Shown: positions 8,127-17,141 of the stretch, piece by piece
Position numbering within the stretch: the stretch's first letter is position 1
How the letters are laid out: every line of letters begins with the position of its first letter
Source: an uncultured Deinococcales bacterium
Lineage (GTDB): Bacteria > Deinococcota > Deinococci > Deinococcales > JAAFIG01
NCBI GenBank assembly: GCA_964247135.1
Contig: CAXTTL010000025.1
Coordinates: 1-32,325, forward strand
Direction: 5' to 3'
Length of the DNA: 32,325 nt
Program-made: the position numbers and the translations under genes
Notes under the pieces: generated by a model
What the model was told of the DNA's origin: nothing
Databases searched by the model: none
What the model saw: only the letters and a program-made list of their open reading frames with translations

Positions 8127-10394
8127 ATGGGTCCTCACATTTACGGCATTCGTCATCACGGTCCAGGCTCGAGCCGTAGCTTGCAACGCGCTTTAGAATC
8201 GCTGGAGCCAGATTGCATTCTGATTGAAGGTCCACCAGAGGCGAATGGCATCCTGTCGTTCGTCTCGAGCGCCCAGATGCGCCCGCCGATTGCCATTCTG
8301 GTTCATAACGCCCAAACACCATCGCTTGCCGTCTATTACCCTTTTGCGGCGTTCAGTCCAGAGTGGGCTGCGATAAAATTCGGGCTGGCTCGAGCTTTGC
8401 CGGTGCGGTTCATGGATTTGCCGCAGGCGCATCAGTTGCTCGAGCAAGAATCTCGACCCGAAATTGAATTGCCTGAACTTGACCGCTCGAGCCTTCCAAG
8501 CCCAACTGAAATCCCGATTCAAAACGATCCTTTAAGTTGGCTGGCACGCGCCGCAGGTTTTTCGGACGGCGAACGATACTGGGAATATCTGGTCGAATCC
8601 AGGGACGATGCGACCGATGTTTTCCCCGCGATTCTGGAGGCAATGACGGCACTGCGCACCGAGGCTTCAAATGCGCCAGATTTTGTGCTCGAAGCCCGAG
8701 AGGCGAGGCGCGAAGCTTACATGCGCCAAACCATTCGCGCCGCGCAAAAAGAGGGTTTTGAAAAAATTGCGGTGGTTTGCGGCGCATGGCACTCGCCCGT
8801 TTTGGATGTCTCGGGCGAAAACATTCCGAATGCAAAATCTGATGCCGCAACCTTGAAAGACCTGCCCAAAGCCAAGGTTTCCGCCACCTGGACGCCCTGG
8901 ACGCACGGGCGTCTGTCGCGCTCGAGCGGCTACGGCGCGGGCGTGGATTCGCCAGGTTGGTATGCGCACCTGTTCGAGTATTCGCATTCTGGTTCAAGCC
9001 TGGTCACCACACATTGGATGGCGAGCATCGCGCGGTTGTTGCGCTCCGAAGGACTTGATGCCTCGAGTGCCAGCGTGATTGAAGCGGTGCGATTATCCCA
9101 AACCATCTCGAGTTTGCGCGGACTGCCGATGCCAGGGTTGGGCGATCTTTCTGACGCGGCTCGAGCGGTGTTCTTGTCCGATTCCGAATTGCCAATGGCA
9201 CTGATTCATGACCGTTTGATCGTCGGCGAAACCTTGGGTTCAGTGCCGAGCGAAGTGCCAACCGTGCCGTTGCAACGCGACCTCGAAGCCTTGCAAAAGC
9301 GTTTGCGAATGCAGCCAGAAGCCGTCGAGAAAACCCTCGAGCTGGATTTGCGCAAACCCAATGACCTCGAGCGTTCGGTGTTGCTGCACCGTTTAAATTT
9401 GCTGGGCATCAATTGGGGCGAAATCCGCAACTCGAGCGGCACTGGAACGTTTAAGGAAACCTGGCAATTGCGTTGGCAACCCGAGTTCGCGGTGCGAATC
9501 ATCGAAATGGGCGCTTACGGGCAAAGTGTTCTGGAGGCGGCAAGTGCTTACGCCAAGGAACTTTCGGACAAATCTCGAGCCTTGCCAGAATTGACAAATC
9601 TTCTCGACTTGGTTTTGCTTGCCGCGCTGCCCAACGCCACCAGCCATTTGCTCTCAAGGCTCGAGGCGGAATCGGCGCTCTCGAGTGACGTGCCAGTGCT
9701 GATGGCTGCCATTGTGCCACTCGCTCGGGTGTTGCGCTATTCCGATGTCCGTCAAACCGACGCTGGCGTGGTGGGTCATGTGGTGAATGGTTTGATCGCT
9801 CGGGTCAGCGTGGGCTTGCCAGGGGCGAGCCTGAGTCTGTCAGACGAAGCTGCCGAGCATCTTTTTAAACTCGTGCTCGAGGTCAACGCCTCCATTTCAA
9901 CCCTCAACCTTCCCGAGCACCTCGAGACTTGGTTTGAAACGCTTGAAACCATCTCGAGTAAATCTGGCATTCACGGTCTGATCGCGGGTCGCGCCGTGAG
10001 GTTGCTGCTCGAGGCTGGTCGTTTGAATGCAGAACACGCCGCCAAACACCTGGGTTTTGCCGCCTCGAGCGCCAGCGACCCAGCCCAAGTTGGCGTTTGG
10101 GTCGAAGGTTTCTTGACGGGCAGCGGTTTAGTCTTGCTGCACGATGACATCCTCTGGGATGTGCTCGAGAACTGGTTGATGTCACTGACCGAAGAACATT
10201 TTATCGCCGTGCTGCCCTTGCTGCGCCGCACCTTCTCGAGCTTTCCCGCGCCCGAACGTCGCAGCATGGGTGAAAAAGCCAAACACGGCGAAACTCGAGT
10301 GCTGCAAACACAAGAACTGGAAGTTGATGAAGCTCGAGCGGGGTTGGTGCTGCCTTTAATCGCCAAAATGCTTGGACTCGAGGTTCAAACTTGA
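8127..10394 (+). CDS. DUF5682/YehM-like protein
   Basis: GIRHHGPGS, LIEGP, YYPFA.FSPEW.A, RE.YMR, VVCGAWH, SGYGAG..SP.WY and LPLLRRTFS motifs. Confidence 0.85.
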   Translation: MGPHIYGIRHHGPGSSRSLQRALESLEPDCILIEGPPEANGILSFVSSAQMRPPIAILVHNAQTPSLAVYYPFAAFSPEWAAIKFGLARALPVRFMDLPQAHQLLEQESRPEIELPELDRSSLPSPTEIPIQNDPLSWLARAAGFSDGERYWEYLVESRDDATDVFPAILEAMTALRTEASNAPDFVLEAREARREAYMRQTIRAAQKEGFEKIAVVCGAWHSPVLDVSGENIPNAKSDAATLKDLPKAKVSATWTPWTHGRLSRSSGYGAGVDSPGWYAHLFEYSHSGSSLVTTHWMASIARLLRSEGLDASSASVIEAVRLSQTISSLRGLPMPGLGDLSDAARAVFLSDSELPMALIHDRLIVGETLGSVPSEVPTVPLQRDLEALQKRLRMQPEAVEKTLELDLRKPNDLERSVLLHRLNLLGINWGEIRNSSGTGTFKETWQLRWQPEFAVRIIEMGAYGQSVLEAASAYAKELSDKSRALPELTNLLDLVLLAALPNATSHLLSRLEAESALSSDVPVLMAAIVPLARVLRYSDVRQTDAGVVGHVVNGLIARVSVGLPGASLSLSDEAAEHLFKLVLEVNASISTLNLPEHLETWFETLETISSKSGIHGLIAGRAVRLLLEAGRLNAEHAAKHLGFAASSASDPAQVGVWVEGFLTGSGLVLLHDDILWDVLENWLMSLTEEHFIAVLPLLRRTFSSFPAPERRSMGEKAKHGETRVLQTQELEVDEARAGLVLPLIAKMLGLEVQT

Positions 10395-10409
10395 AATGGG
10401 TTTCTTGGA

Positions 10410-10580
10410 TTCCCTCTCATCCCCGACCCGTCTTGCTCACAAGACAGCACCTCACGGGCTGTTCGCGCTTCTCTCCTTGGAAAGAAGGGATTTGGTCTTG
10501 TGTTGAATGGCGGCATAAATTGTCAAGACCAGACCATGCCCGAAACAAGGTCTTGTAGGGGTGAACCTTGTGTTCACCCT
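10410..10580. repeat. Structured intergenic mosaic with a GTAG-type REP-like hairpin
   Basis: GTAG followed by GGGTGAAC-CTTGT-GTTCACCC (10555-10579). Further inverted repeats: GTCTTG/CAAGAC (10430-10445) and CAAGACC/GGTCTTG (10524-10555). Confidence 0.5.
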
Positions 10581-10629
10581 CGAGCACAGTGATTTTTGAA
10601 GATAGAACTCGAAATTTTGGAGGGCAACC

Positions 10630-11307
10630 ATGAAATTATTCGATCAAATACCCGCATCCTGGCAACCGTATCTCGAGCAAGAATTTCAACAGCCGTACAT
10701 TCAAAAACTCGAGGCGTTTCTCGAGGCTGAACGTGCCACGCAGCAGGTCTTCCCACCTGCCGAAAATGTCTTCAGGGCGCTCGAGTTGACGCCGTTTGAA
10801 AACGTGAAAGTCGTGATTTTGGGGCAGGACCCGTATCACGACGACGGTCAAGCGCACGGGCTGGCGTTCAGCGTGCAGCCTGGCGTCAAAGCGCCACCAA
10901 GCTTGGTGAACATGTTCAAAGAACTCGAGACGGATTTGGGCATTCCCAGACCAAAAACGGGTTTTCTCGAGGCTTGGGCGCGGCAGGGAGTCTTGATGCT
11001 GAATGCGGTCTTGACGGTTCGGGCGCACGCGGCGGGCAGCCACCAAAAGCAGGGTTGGGAAAAACTGACCGATGCGATCATCAAAGCCATCTCGAGCCAC
11101 AAAACGGGGGTGGTGTTCGTGCTCTGGGGCGCGTATGCGCACAAAAAAGCGGAGCTGATTGACGCGACTCGCCACACGGTTTTGAAAGCGGTGCATCCGT
11201 CGCCGCTCTCGGCGCGAAACGGTTTTTTTGGCTCCAAACCATTCTCGAGCATCAATACAGCGTTGCGCGAATCTGGAAAGTCCGAGATTGATTGGAGGCT
11301 CGAGTGA
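10630..11307 (+). CDS. ung: Uracil-DNA glycosylase, family 1
   Basis: [36 protein letters not shown] and HPSPLSA motifs; GGAGG SD. Confidence 0.97.
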   Translation: MKLFDQIPASWQPYLEQEFQQPYIQKLEAFLEAERATQQVFPPAENVFRALELTPFENVKVVILGQDPYHDDGQAHGLAFSVQPGVKAPPSLVNMFKELETDLGIPRPKTGFLEAWARQGVLMLNAVLTVRAHAAGSHQKQGWEKLTDAIIKAISSHKTGVVFVLWGAYAHKKAELIDATRHTVLKAVHPSPLSARNGFFGSKPFSSINTALRESGKSEIDWRLE

Positions 11308-12470
11308 TTGCCGAACCCGAACGCTTGCGGCGTTGGCGTTTGATCCTCGGTGGGGGAGATGCCGACGGTACGGGCTGCCAATTGCAGGGCGCAGACGCCA
11401 GACTCGATGGGGCGCTCGAGAATGTCTACATGACGCCCGAGGAAAAAGAAAAAAACCGTTTGAACGTCGGCAAGGGTGCGAGCCGCCCAAACGTGGCGCG
11501 TTGGCTGGGTGACATCCGCGAGTTCTTTCCAAGTTCGGTGGTGCGCGTGATGCAGCAAGACGCGCTCGAGCGGCTGGGTTTAAAGCAGATGTTGCTCGAG
11601 CCTGAAATGATGGAAGCCGTGCAGCCCGACGTGCATTTGGTGGCAACCTTGCTATCCTTAAAATCTTTGCTCAAAGGCAAAGCCCGAGACACCGCCCGCG
11701 TTGTGGTGCGCAAGGTTGTGGACGAACTCGAGCGTAAACTTGCCAACCCAACACGGCAGGCGGTCATGGGGAGCCTCAACCGTGCCGCCAGAAACAACCG
11801 CCCCAAGCACAACGAGATCGACTGGAACTTGACGATTCGTGCCAACCTCAAGCATTACCAAGCCGAGTACCGCACGATTGTTCCAGAGCGGCGCATCGGT
11901 TACGGACGCAAACGCTCGGCACTCCGAGACATTATTTTGTGCGTCGATCAGAGCGGTTCGATGGCATCGAGCGTGGTTTACGCCGGCATTTTTGGTGCTG
12001 TGCTCGCCAGTATGCCCGCGCTGCGGACCAAAGTGGTTGTTTATGACACCAGCGTGGTCGATTTGACCGATCAACTTTCCGACCCAGTTGAAGTGCTGTT
12101 CGGCACCCAACTTGGCGGCGGCAACGACACGCCACTGGCGCTGAGGTACTGTCAGACCTTACTCGAGCGACCGCAGGACACCATTTTTGTGCTGATTTCG
12201 GACTTGTATGAGGGTTACGGCAGCGCCGAAATGCTTGAGCGTTTGAAAGGTTTTGTCGCCAGCGGCGTGCAGGTGATTACCTTGCTGGCGCTTTCCGATG
12301 ATGGTCGCCCGAGTTTTGACCAGCAAAACGCGGCGGCGATGGCGGCGATGGACATTCCAGTGTTTGCCTGCACGCCAGATAAATTTCCGGACTTGATGGC
12401 AGCCGCGATCAACCGCGCCGACATTGGGCAATGGGCGGCGACGCAAGAGATTGTCACGGCTCGAGCCTGA
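11304..12470 (+). CDS. vWA-domain protein, YehP/CoxE-like
   Basis: [11 protein letters not shown]-terminus; [29 protein letters not shown] at 11304 overlaps the ung stop (GTGA), with GGAGG at 11294. Confidence 0.9.
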   Translation: MIAEPERLRRWRLILGGGDADGTGCQLQGADARLDGALENVYMTPEEKEKNRLNVGKGASRPNVARWLGDIREFFPSSVVRVMQQDALERLGLKQMLLEPEMMEAVQPDVHLVATLLSLKSLLKGKARDTARVVVRKVVDELERKLANPTRQAVMGSLNRAARNNRPKHNEIDWNLTIRANLKHYQAEYRTIVPERRIGYGRKRSALRDIILCVDQSGSMASSVVYAGIFGAVLASMPALRTKVVVYDTSVVDLTDQLSDPVEVLFGTQLGGGNDTPLALRYCQTLLERPQDTIFVLISDLYEGYGSAEMLERLKGFVASGVQVITLLALSDDGRPSFDQQNAAAMAAMDIPVFACTPDKFPDLMAAAINRADIGQWAATQEIVTARA

Positions 12471-12479
12471 ATCTCGAGT

Positions 12480-12519
12480 TTGACTGAAACGCGTACCTTG
12501 AGTTATGCTGTAAACAGAA
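12480..12519 (+). promoter_or_regulatory. Sigma-70-like promoter overlapped by an RDRM (DdrO operator)-like 17-mer
   Basis: TTGACT (12480-85), N18, TATGCT (12504-09). TTATGCTGTAAACAGAA (12503-12519) fits TT(A/C)(T/C)G(T/C)-N5-(A/G)C(A/G)(T/G)AA. Confidence 0.6.
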
Positions 12520-12911
12520 TGAAAAAACTTGTTCCGATTCTGCCGTCCAAAAACATTCCCGAATCGCTCGAGTTTTATGGGCGCGTGTACGGCTTTTCTA
12601 ACGCTTGGGCTTGGACGAAATCGGGACAGCAACTCAGCGATTTCTCGAGCAGCAATCACAAAGAGATTGTGTACGGTGGCTTAAGCGAACCCTTGATCGT
12701 TCACTTTTGGTTTGCAGAAGAAAAATTGGTGCTCGAGAGTGCCGGTTTTAGAATCGAAGTTGAAGACATCGACGCCATGTTTAAAAAGTGCAAAGCCGCC
12801 AATTGTGTGCATCCAAACGCGCCGCTCGAGGTGAAACCTTGGGGTTCAAAAGAATTCGGCACCCTTGACCCGAGCGGTATACTGGTCACGATTTTTCAAG
12901 ATGCAAATTGA
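12519..12911 (+). CDS. VOC-fold protein, bleomycin-resistance-protein-like
   Basis: MKKLVPILPSKNIPESLEFY..GF, RIEVEDIDA, KPWGSKEFGTLDPSG. ATG at 12519 preferred over the upstream TTG, which coincides with the -35 box. Confidence 0.8.
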   Translation: MKKLVPILPSKNIPESLEFYGRVYGFSNAWAWTKSGQQLSDFSSSNHKEIVYGGLSEPLIVHFWFAEEKLVLESAGFRIEVEDIDAMFKKCKAANCVHPNAPLEVKPWGSKEFGTLDPSGILVTIFQDAN

Positions 12912-12922
12912 CGGGAGGCGTC

Positions 12923-13309
12923 ATGGAAAAAGTCAGCGGAATTGGTGGCGTGTTCTTAAAAGCCAAGAATCCAGAAACGATGGCGGTTTGGTACGAAACC
13001 CATCTTGGGATTTCGTTTGCAGGCAATGAATACGCGATTTTGAACTGGCGCGAATCCATGACTGCCGAGCAAAATCCGGTGACGGTATTTTCCTTTTTTC
13101 CCGACGACACCAGCTATTTTGCCCCTTCAACCAGCCAATTCATGATGAATTTTCGGGTTAATAACCTTGATGCCATGCTCGAGCAACTCAAAAATGCTGG
13201 TGTGAAGGTGATGCCCGAAATCACCGAAGATGACAACGGTCGTTTCGCTCGGATTCTTGACCCCGAAGGCAACAAAATCGAATTGTGGCAACCTGCGCCA
13301 GGGATGTGA
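12923..13309 (+). CDS. VOC/glyoxalase family protein
   Basis: KVSGIGGVF, FMMNFRV.NLD, GRFARILDPEGNKIELWQP; GGAGG SD. Confidence 0.9.
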   Translation: MEKVSGIGGVFLKAKNPETMAVWYETHLGISFAGNEYAILNWRESMTAEQNPVTVFSFFPDDTSYFAPSTSQFMMNFRVNNLDAMLEQLKNAGVKVMPEITEDDNGRFARILDPEGNKIELWQPAPGM

Positions 13310-13328
13310 TTCGTTTCGGAGGTAAGCC

Positions 13329-13703
13329 ATGAAACTTGACATAATCGGCATCATCGTAAATAACACCGCCCGCAGCCTAGCGTTTTACCGCAAACTCGGT
13401 TGGAAGATTCCTGAAATCGCCCCAGATGAAAACCATGTTGAAATCACACTCGAGAATGGCTTGCGTTTTGCCTGGGATGAACTGGCGATGGTGCAAACAT
13501 TTGACCCCGAAGCCAAGATTTCGGAACAGTACGTCGGCGCATTCTTGTGCGCTAGCCCCGCCGACGTGGACGCCAAATACCTCGAGATGACCGAGGCGGG
13601 TTATGTGGGACATAAAGCACCGTGGGATGCCTTCTGGGGGCAACGCTATGCGATCCTCAAAGACCCAGACGGTCATAAACTCGATTTGTTCGCGCCGTTG
13701 TAA
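13329..13703 (+). CDS. VOC/glyoxalase family protein
   Basis: IGIIV....RSLAFYRKLG, PWDAFWGQRYA..KDPDG..DLFAPL. Confidence 0.9.
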   Translation: MKLDIIGIIVNNTARSLAFYRKLGWKIPEIAPDENHVEITLENGLRFAWDELAMVQTFDPEAKISEQYVGAFLCASPADVDAKYLEMTEAGYVGHKAPWDAFWGQRYAILKDPDGHKLDLFAPL

Positions 13704-13711
13704 ATTAACGT

Positions 13712-14194
13712 ATGCTCAAACTTGCCGCCATTGTTGTCAACAAATCTCAAGCCGAAATTCTCGGGGTTTTCCCAGATTTAATGCCCTCGAGCCACGGTGC
13801 ATTCAGTCGGGTGCAAATGCCCGAGCCGCAAAAATTCACCGAAGTTTGGTACGCCGATCTCGAGTCGCCAATTCCAAAGTTTGCCGATGAAATTTCACAA
13901 AAGCTACAATGTGCCGCGCTTGGTGTGATCAACTGGGACGATGATTTGCTGCGAGTCTGGGCGTTCTCGAATGGCGAATTTGTGACGACCTACGATTCCA
14001 ATCCGTCTTACGCCACTTGCACCATCACGCCACCAGAACTCGAGCCTGACACTGGCGAAAAACTGGCAACGCTTTTTGGTGTTCCAGAAAAAGCCGAAGC
14101 CGTGCGTAAATTACTGACCCGCAAAAAAGGATTTGGCTTCATCAATGAAACCCAGCGCCTCGAGCAATTGTTTGCGCTGCTCGAGATTCCGTGA
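13712..14194 (+). CDS. Hypothetical protein (160 aa)
   Basis: Tightly packed in the operon (8-nt gap upstream, GTGA overlap downstream); carries host-typical CTCGAG sites; no family recognised. Confidence 0.75.
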   Translation: MLKLAAIVVNKSQAEILGVFPDLMPSSHGAFSRVQMPEPQKFTEVWYADLESPIPKFADEISQKLQCAALGVINWDDDLLRVWAFSNGEFVTTYDSNPSYATCTITPPELEPDTGEKLATLFGVPEKAEAVRKLLTRKKGFGFINETQRLEQLFALLEIP

Positions 14195-15255
14195 AGGTTC
14201 TCACGCCAAAACAAATCCATGCCGCTCGAGCAAAGCGTCAATTTCTGACGCCCTCAACCCGTGGCAGTTCGGACTCGGATTACCTCGAGATTCTTCGCGC
14301 ACTCGCGCCGATGCGTCCACCGAGTTACGAATTTCCTGGAACGCCGGTTTGCTTGCACGACCGTCATGTGCCGTCCGATGGCTCGAGTGAAAAAACCGTT
14401 GGCGAACGGGTTCGGCGTGAAGGTTTGGTGGTCAAAAGTCGGTTTCAACACGGCAATGTCGGCTATGTCCCAAGCGATGAGATGCCGCTGTTTGTCGGCG
14501 CATTCAAAAAATCCAAAAGTTTAAGTTGGGACGATTCAGCCGTGCTCGAGACACTTCAACGTGAAGGTCCATTGCAGAAAAAAGACTTGGGCGAAATGAG
14601 CGGCGTCAAAGGCAAAACCCTGACCGCTGCACTGCAAAACCTGCAAGCCAATTTTCTGGCGTTTGAACAGCAACTCGAGACAGAATGGGACAATCCTTGG
14701 GGAGCCATCGAAACCGAACATCCTGCCTGGCTCGAGGATGTGCCAGAGCAATTTGAGGCGCGACTTGAGGTGATAAGGCGTTTCACCCACGCGCATGTCT
14801 TCTCGAGTGCGCGAGAGGTCAAAGACTGGTCGGGTTTTACGGGCAAAGACGTGGCTGTGCTGCTCGAGGAACTGCTTTCAACTGGTCATCTCGAGAAATC
14901 GACCGTTGACGGTTGGGACGAGCATTACCTCGTGACCAATTTTGAAGATGTCCCGCTCGAGCCTCACGTGGCAATCCTTGACCCTGGCGATCCGCTGGCA
15001 ACGGCGCAAATTTCCTACCTCAAAGCCGATTATCCAAAATTGCCTGTGCTCAAATACGTATTGATTGACGGCGAAATTTGCGGTTTGGTCGAAGGACGTT
15101 GGGGGATCAACCCGTTTGATGTGACCGATGTTCACGTGCCAGAACACGCTCGAGAAGGTATGTTAAGGCTCGAGATTATTGAGAAGCTTCGGAGGCATTT
15201 TCCGTTGCCAGCGCAAAAGATTTTGAAGTTTGCGGGTGAGGCTCTGGATCATTAA
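14191..15255 (+). CDS. Winged-helix protein, divergent AlkZ/YcaQ (HTH_42)-like DNA glycosylase
   Basis: Size ~350 aa; R...QFL N-terminus; tandem wHTH-like segments (ETLQREGPLQKKDL; RRFTHAH..SSAREVKDWSG); ILDPGDP; VLIDGEICG..W. No clear QxD/QxQ catalytic motif. Confidence 0.55.
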   Translation: MKVLTPKQIHAARAKRQFLTPSTRGSSDSDYLEILRALAPMRPPSYEFPGTPVCLHDRHVPSDGSSEKTVGERVRREGLVVKSRFQHGNVGYVPSDEMPLFVGAFKKSKSLSWDDSAVLETLQREGPLQKKDLGEMSGVKGKTLTAALQNLQANFLAFEQQLETEWDNPWGAIETEHPAWLEDVPEQFEARLEVIRRFTHAHVFSSAREVKDWSGFTGKDVAVLLEELLSTGHLEKSTVDGWDEHYLVTNFEDVPLEPHVAILDPGDPLATAQISYLKADYPKLPVLKYVLIDGEICGLVEGRWGINPFDVTDVHVPEHAREGMLRLEIIEKLRRHFPLPAQKILKFAGEALDH

Positions 15256-15336
15256 CTCGAGAGACGGTTTTTCGTTTTCAGCACGTTATAAAATCTGATT
15301 TTGCTCGAGTAAGACTTTGACTTGCTACAATTGCGC

Positions 15337-16776
15337 ATGAACACTTTTTGGACTCGAGTTTTGCTGATGTTTTTGGTTTTGGGGCTGGTTGCTTGTCCAC
15401 GTTACCCAATAGATTTTGGTGACCCCAGTGTGGTTCGTGGCACTTTCAATGGCACATTCACGACCCATTGCGGTTTTCGTCTTCTTGGGTCGGCATGGAG
15501 TCCAGACAGTTCTAAAATCGCAACCCTTGACTCGAGAAACAATGGTCATTTGATTGTTTGGGATGCTGTGACAGGTGTTCAACTTGACAGTGTGGATCAG
15601 GTTGGGTGGAATTTGAGAGAAGACGCCGCACTGGGTTGGACGAGCGACGGTCAACGTGTAATCGTGCCAGATCGTAGCAGCATCCCAGAGAAATTACGCT
15701 TTTATAACGTTCAAAATAAGGCTTTTGATGCGGAAACAAAGCTGAACGGATTTATTGGAGCATCTGTCCTGTATTTTAGCCGTAGCGGTACTCGATTTTG
15801 GACTTCAACAAGAACACCATCAAATGACGCCTCGATTGTTTCATATCTCAAAATTGACATCTGGGACGTATCTTCAGGTCAATTGATTCGTACTTTTCAA
15901 TTTGCCAATCATTCATGGTGGGATTTTGATTTTGCGCTCAGTTTGAGTGGGGAACAACTGGTTTACTCCAATAATTCAATCGTGCAAGTTTGGTCTGTTG
16001 CTACAGGAGAAAAAACACATGAATGGAAATTGGCTGGGAATTTCATTCTGGGTTTGCAATTTACCCAAAATGACAAATTTGTAAATGGGGTAAAAGTAGC
16101 AAGTCCAGATGGGATCAATCCGCGTTTTGTCCGTTTTAACCTTGATTCACTGGAATTGACAGAGCAAGCAGAAATGCCAGGTAGATTGCTGGATTTTTCT
16201 GACGATGGACTTCAGGCGGCATTGAGCAATTACCAATTCGATTCACGTTTTACGAAGATTCAGACCTTTGACCTCGAAACTGGAATGTTATCTAAACCCA
16301 TCCTGGAAACGAATTTTCAAGAAAAAGGAAAACTCAGTCCGAATGGTCAATCTGTTTTACTAACAGGTGAATATTCACTTTGTGGTTTACAACGCGTGAA
16401 ACTTTCCGATGGCAGTGAACAAAAACTTTTGCTTCTACCATCAAAAAACCTAACTGTGACGCTACAACTGAACGCAATCTGGCAAAATGAATCTCAATAC
16501 CAGGTGACCGGTACGGCATCCATTGGCGATGTGAAAGGTTTAACTGTAATTGGAACAGGATATCCCGAAGGTGATAAATATTTTGTTAATCCCAAAACTT
16601 CACCCATTCGTCCTCCATACACTGAACTCAAAATTCGAGACAATGGTTCGCAGGTTTGGTCTGGCACTCTATTCAATTATGGGTCGCAAGGGCAAGCCAA
16701 CACCTACTCAGGGAATTTTTTTATTGGAAATGACTACGATGTTGTTTATGGTCTTGAGGTCACACGAACGCCTTGA
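15337..16776 (+). CDS. Lipoprotein with WD40-like beta-propeller
   Basis: Lipobox LVAC; repeats WSPDSSKIA..IVWD, IWDVSSG, VWSVATG, FSDDG, LSPNG; TACAAT 5 nt before ATG 15337; AT-richer than its flanks. Confidence 0.8.
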   Translation: MNTFWTRVLLMFLVLGLVACPRYPIDFGDPSVVRGTFNGTFTTHCGFRLLGSAWSPDSSKIATLDSRNNGHLIVWDAVTGVQLDSVDQVGWNLREDAALGWTSDGQRVIVPDRSSIPEKLRFYNVQNKAFDAETKLNGFIGASVLYFSRSGTRFWTSTRTPSNDASIVSYLKIDIWDVSSGQLIRTFQFANHSWWDFDFALSLSGEQLVYSNNSIVQVWSVATGEKTHEWKLAGNFILGLQFTQNDKFVNGVKVASPDGINPRFVRFNLDSLELTEQAEMPGRLLDFSDDGLQAALSNYQFDSRFTKIQTFDLETGMLSKPILETNFQEKGKLSPNGQSVLLTGEYSLCGLQRVKLSDGSEQKLLLLPSKNLTVTLQLNAIWQNESQYQVTGTASIGDVKGLTVIGTGYPEGDKYFVNPKTSPIRPPYTELKIRDNGSQVWSGTLFNYGSQGQANTYSGNFFIGNDYDVVYGLEVTRTP

Positions 16777-16796
16777 AGCTTGTGTACACTCGAGCC

Positions 16797-17126
16797 ATGA
16801 ACATGACCAACATTCCCTTCGGCACAACCGACTGGGCAAGCATTGAACCCACCGAACACGCGGGTATCACGGGCATGGCGTACTGGCGAACTCGAGATTT
16901 TGCGGGAATACGTGTGCGGATGGTCGAGTACACGGCGGGTTATCTTGCCGATCACTGGTGCAGCAAGGGGCATATCTTGTTGTGTCTTTCTGGTGAACTC
17001 GAGACGGAACTTGAGGATGGGCGGGTGTTCGTCTTAAAACCTGGCATGGGTTACCAAGTCGCTGATAACGCTGAAGCGCACCGCTCGAGAACCAAAGTGG
17101 ACACCAAACTTTTCATCGTGGATTGA
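16797..17126 (+). CDS. Cupin-fold protein (DHCW-motif family)
   Basis: RVRMVEY..GYLADHWCSKGH..LSGEL.TEL.DG; TACACT 6 nt before ATG 16797. Confidence 0.85.
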   Translation: MNMTNIPFGTTDWASIEPTEHAGITGMAYWRTRDFAGIRVRMVEYTAGYLADHWCSKGHILLCLSGELETELEDGRVFVLKPGMGYQVADNAEAHRSRTKVDTKLFIVD

Positions 17127-17141
17127 GGTTAAACTTGTGGT

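Noticed and set aside
7404-8186. 260-aa minus-strand ORF
   Set aside because: Antisense to the well-supported YceH gene.
10636-11646. 336-aa minus-strand ORF (and the 236-aa ORF at 10848-11558)
   Set aside because: Antisense shadows of ung and the vWA gene; no recognisable motifs.
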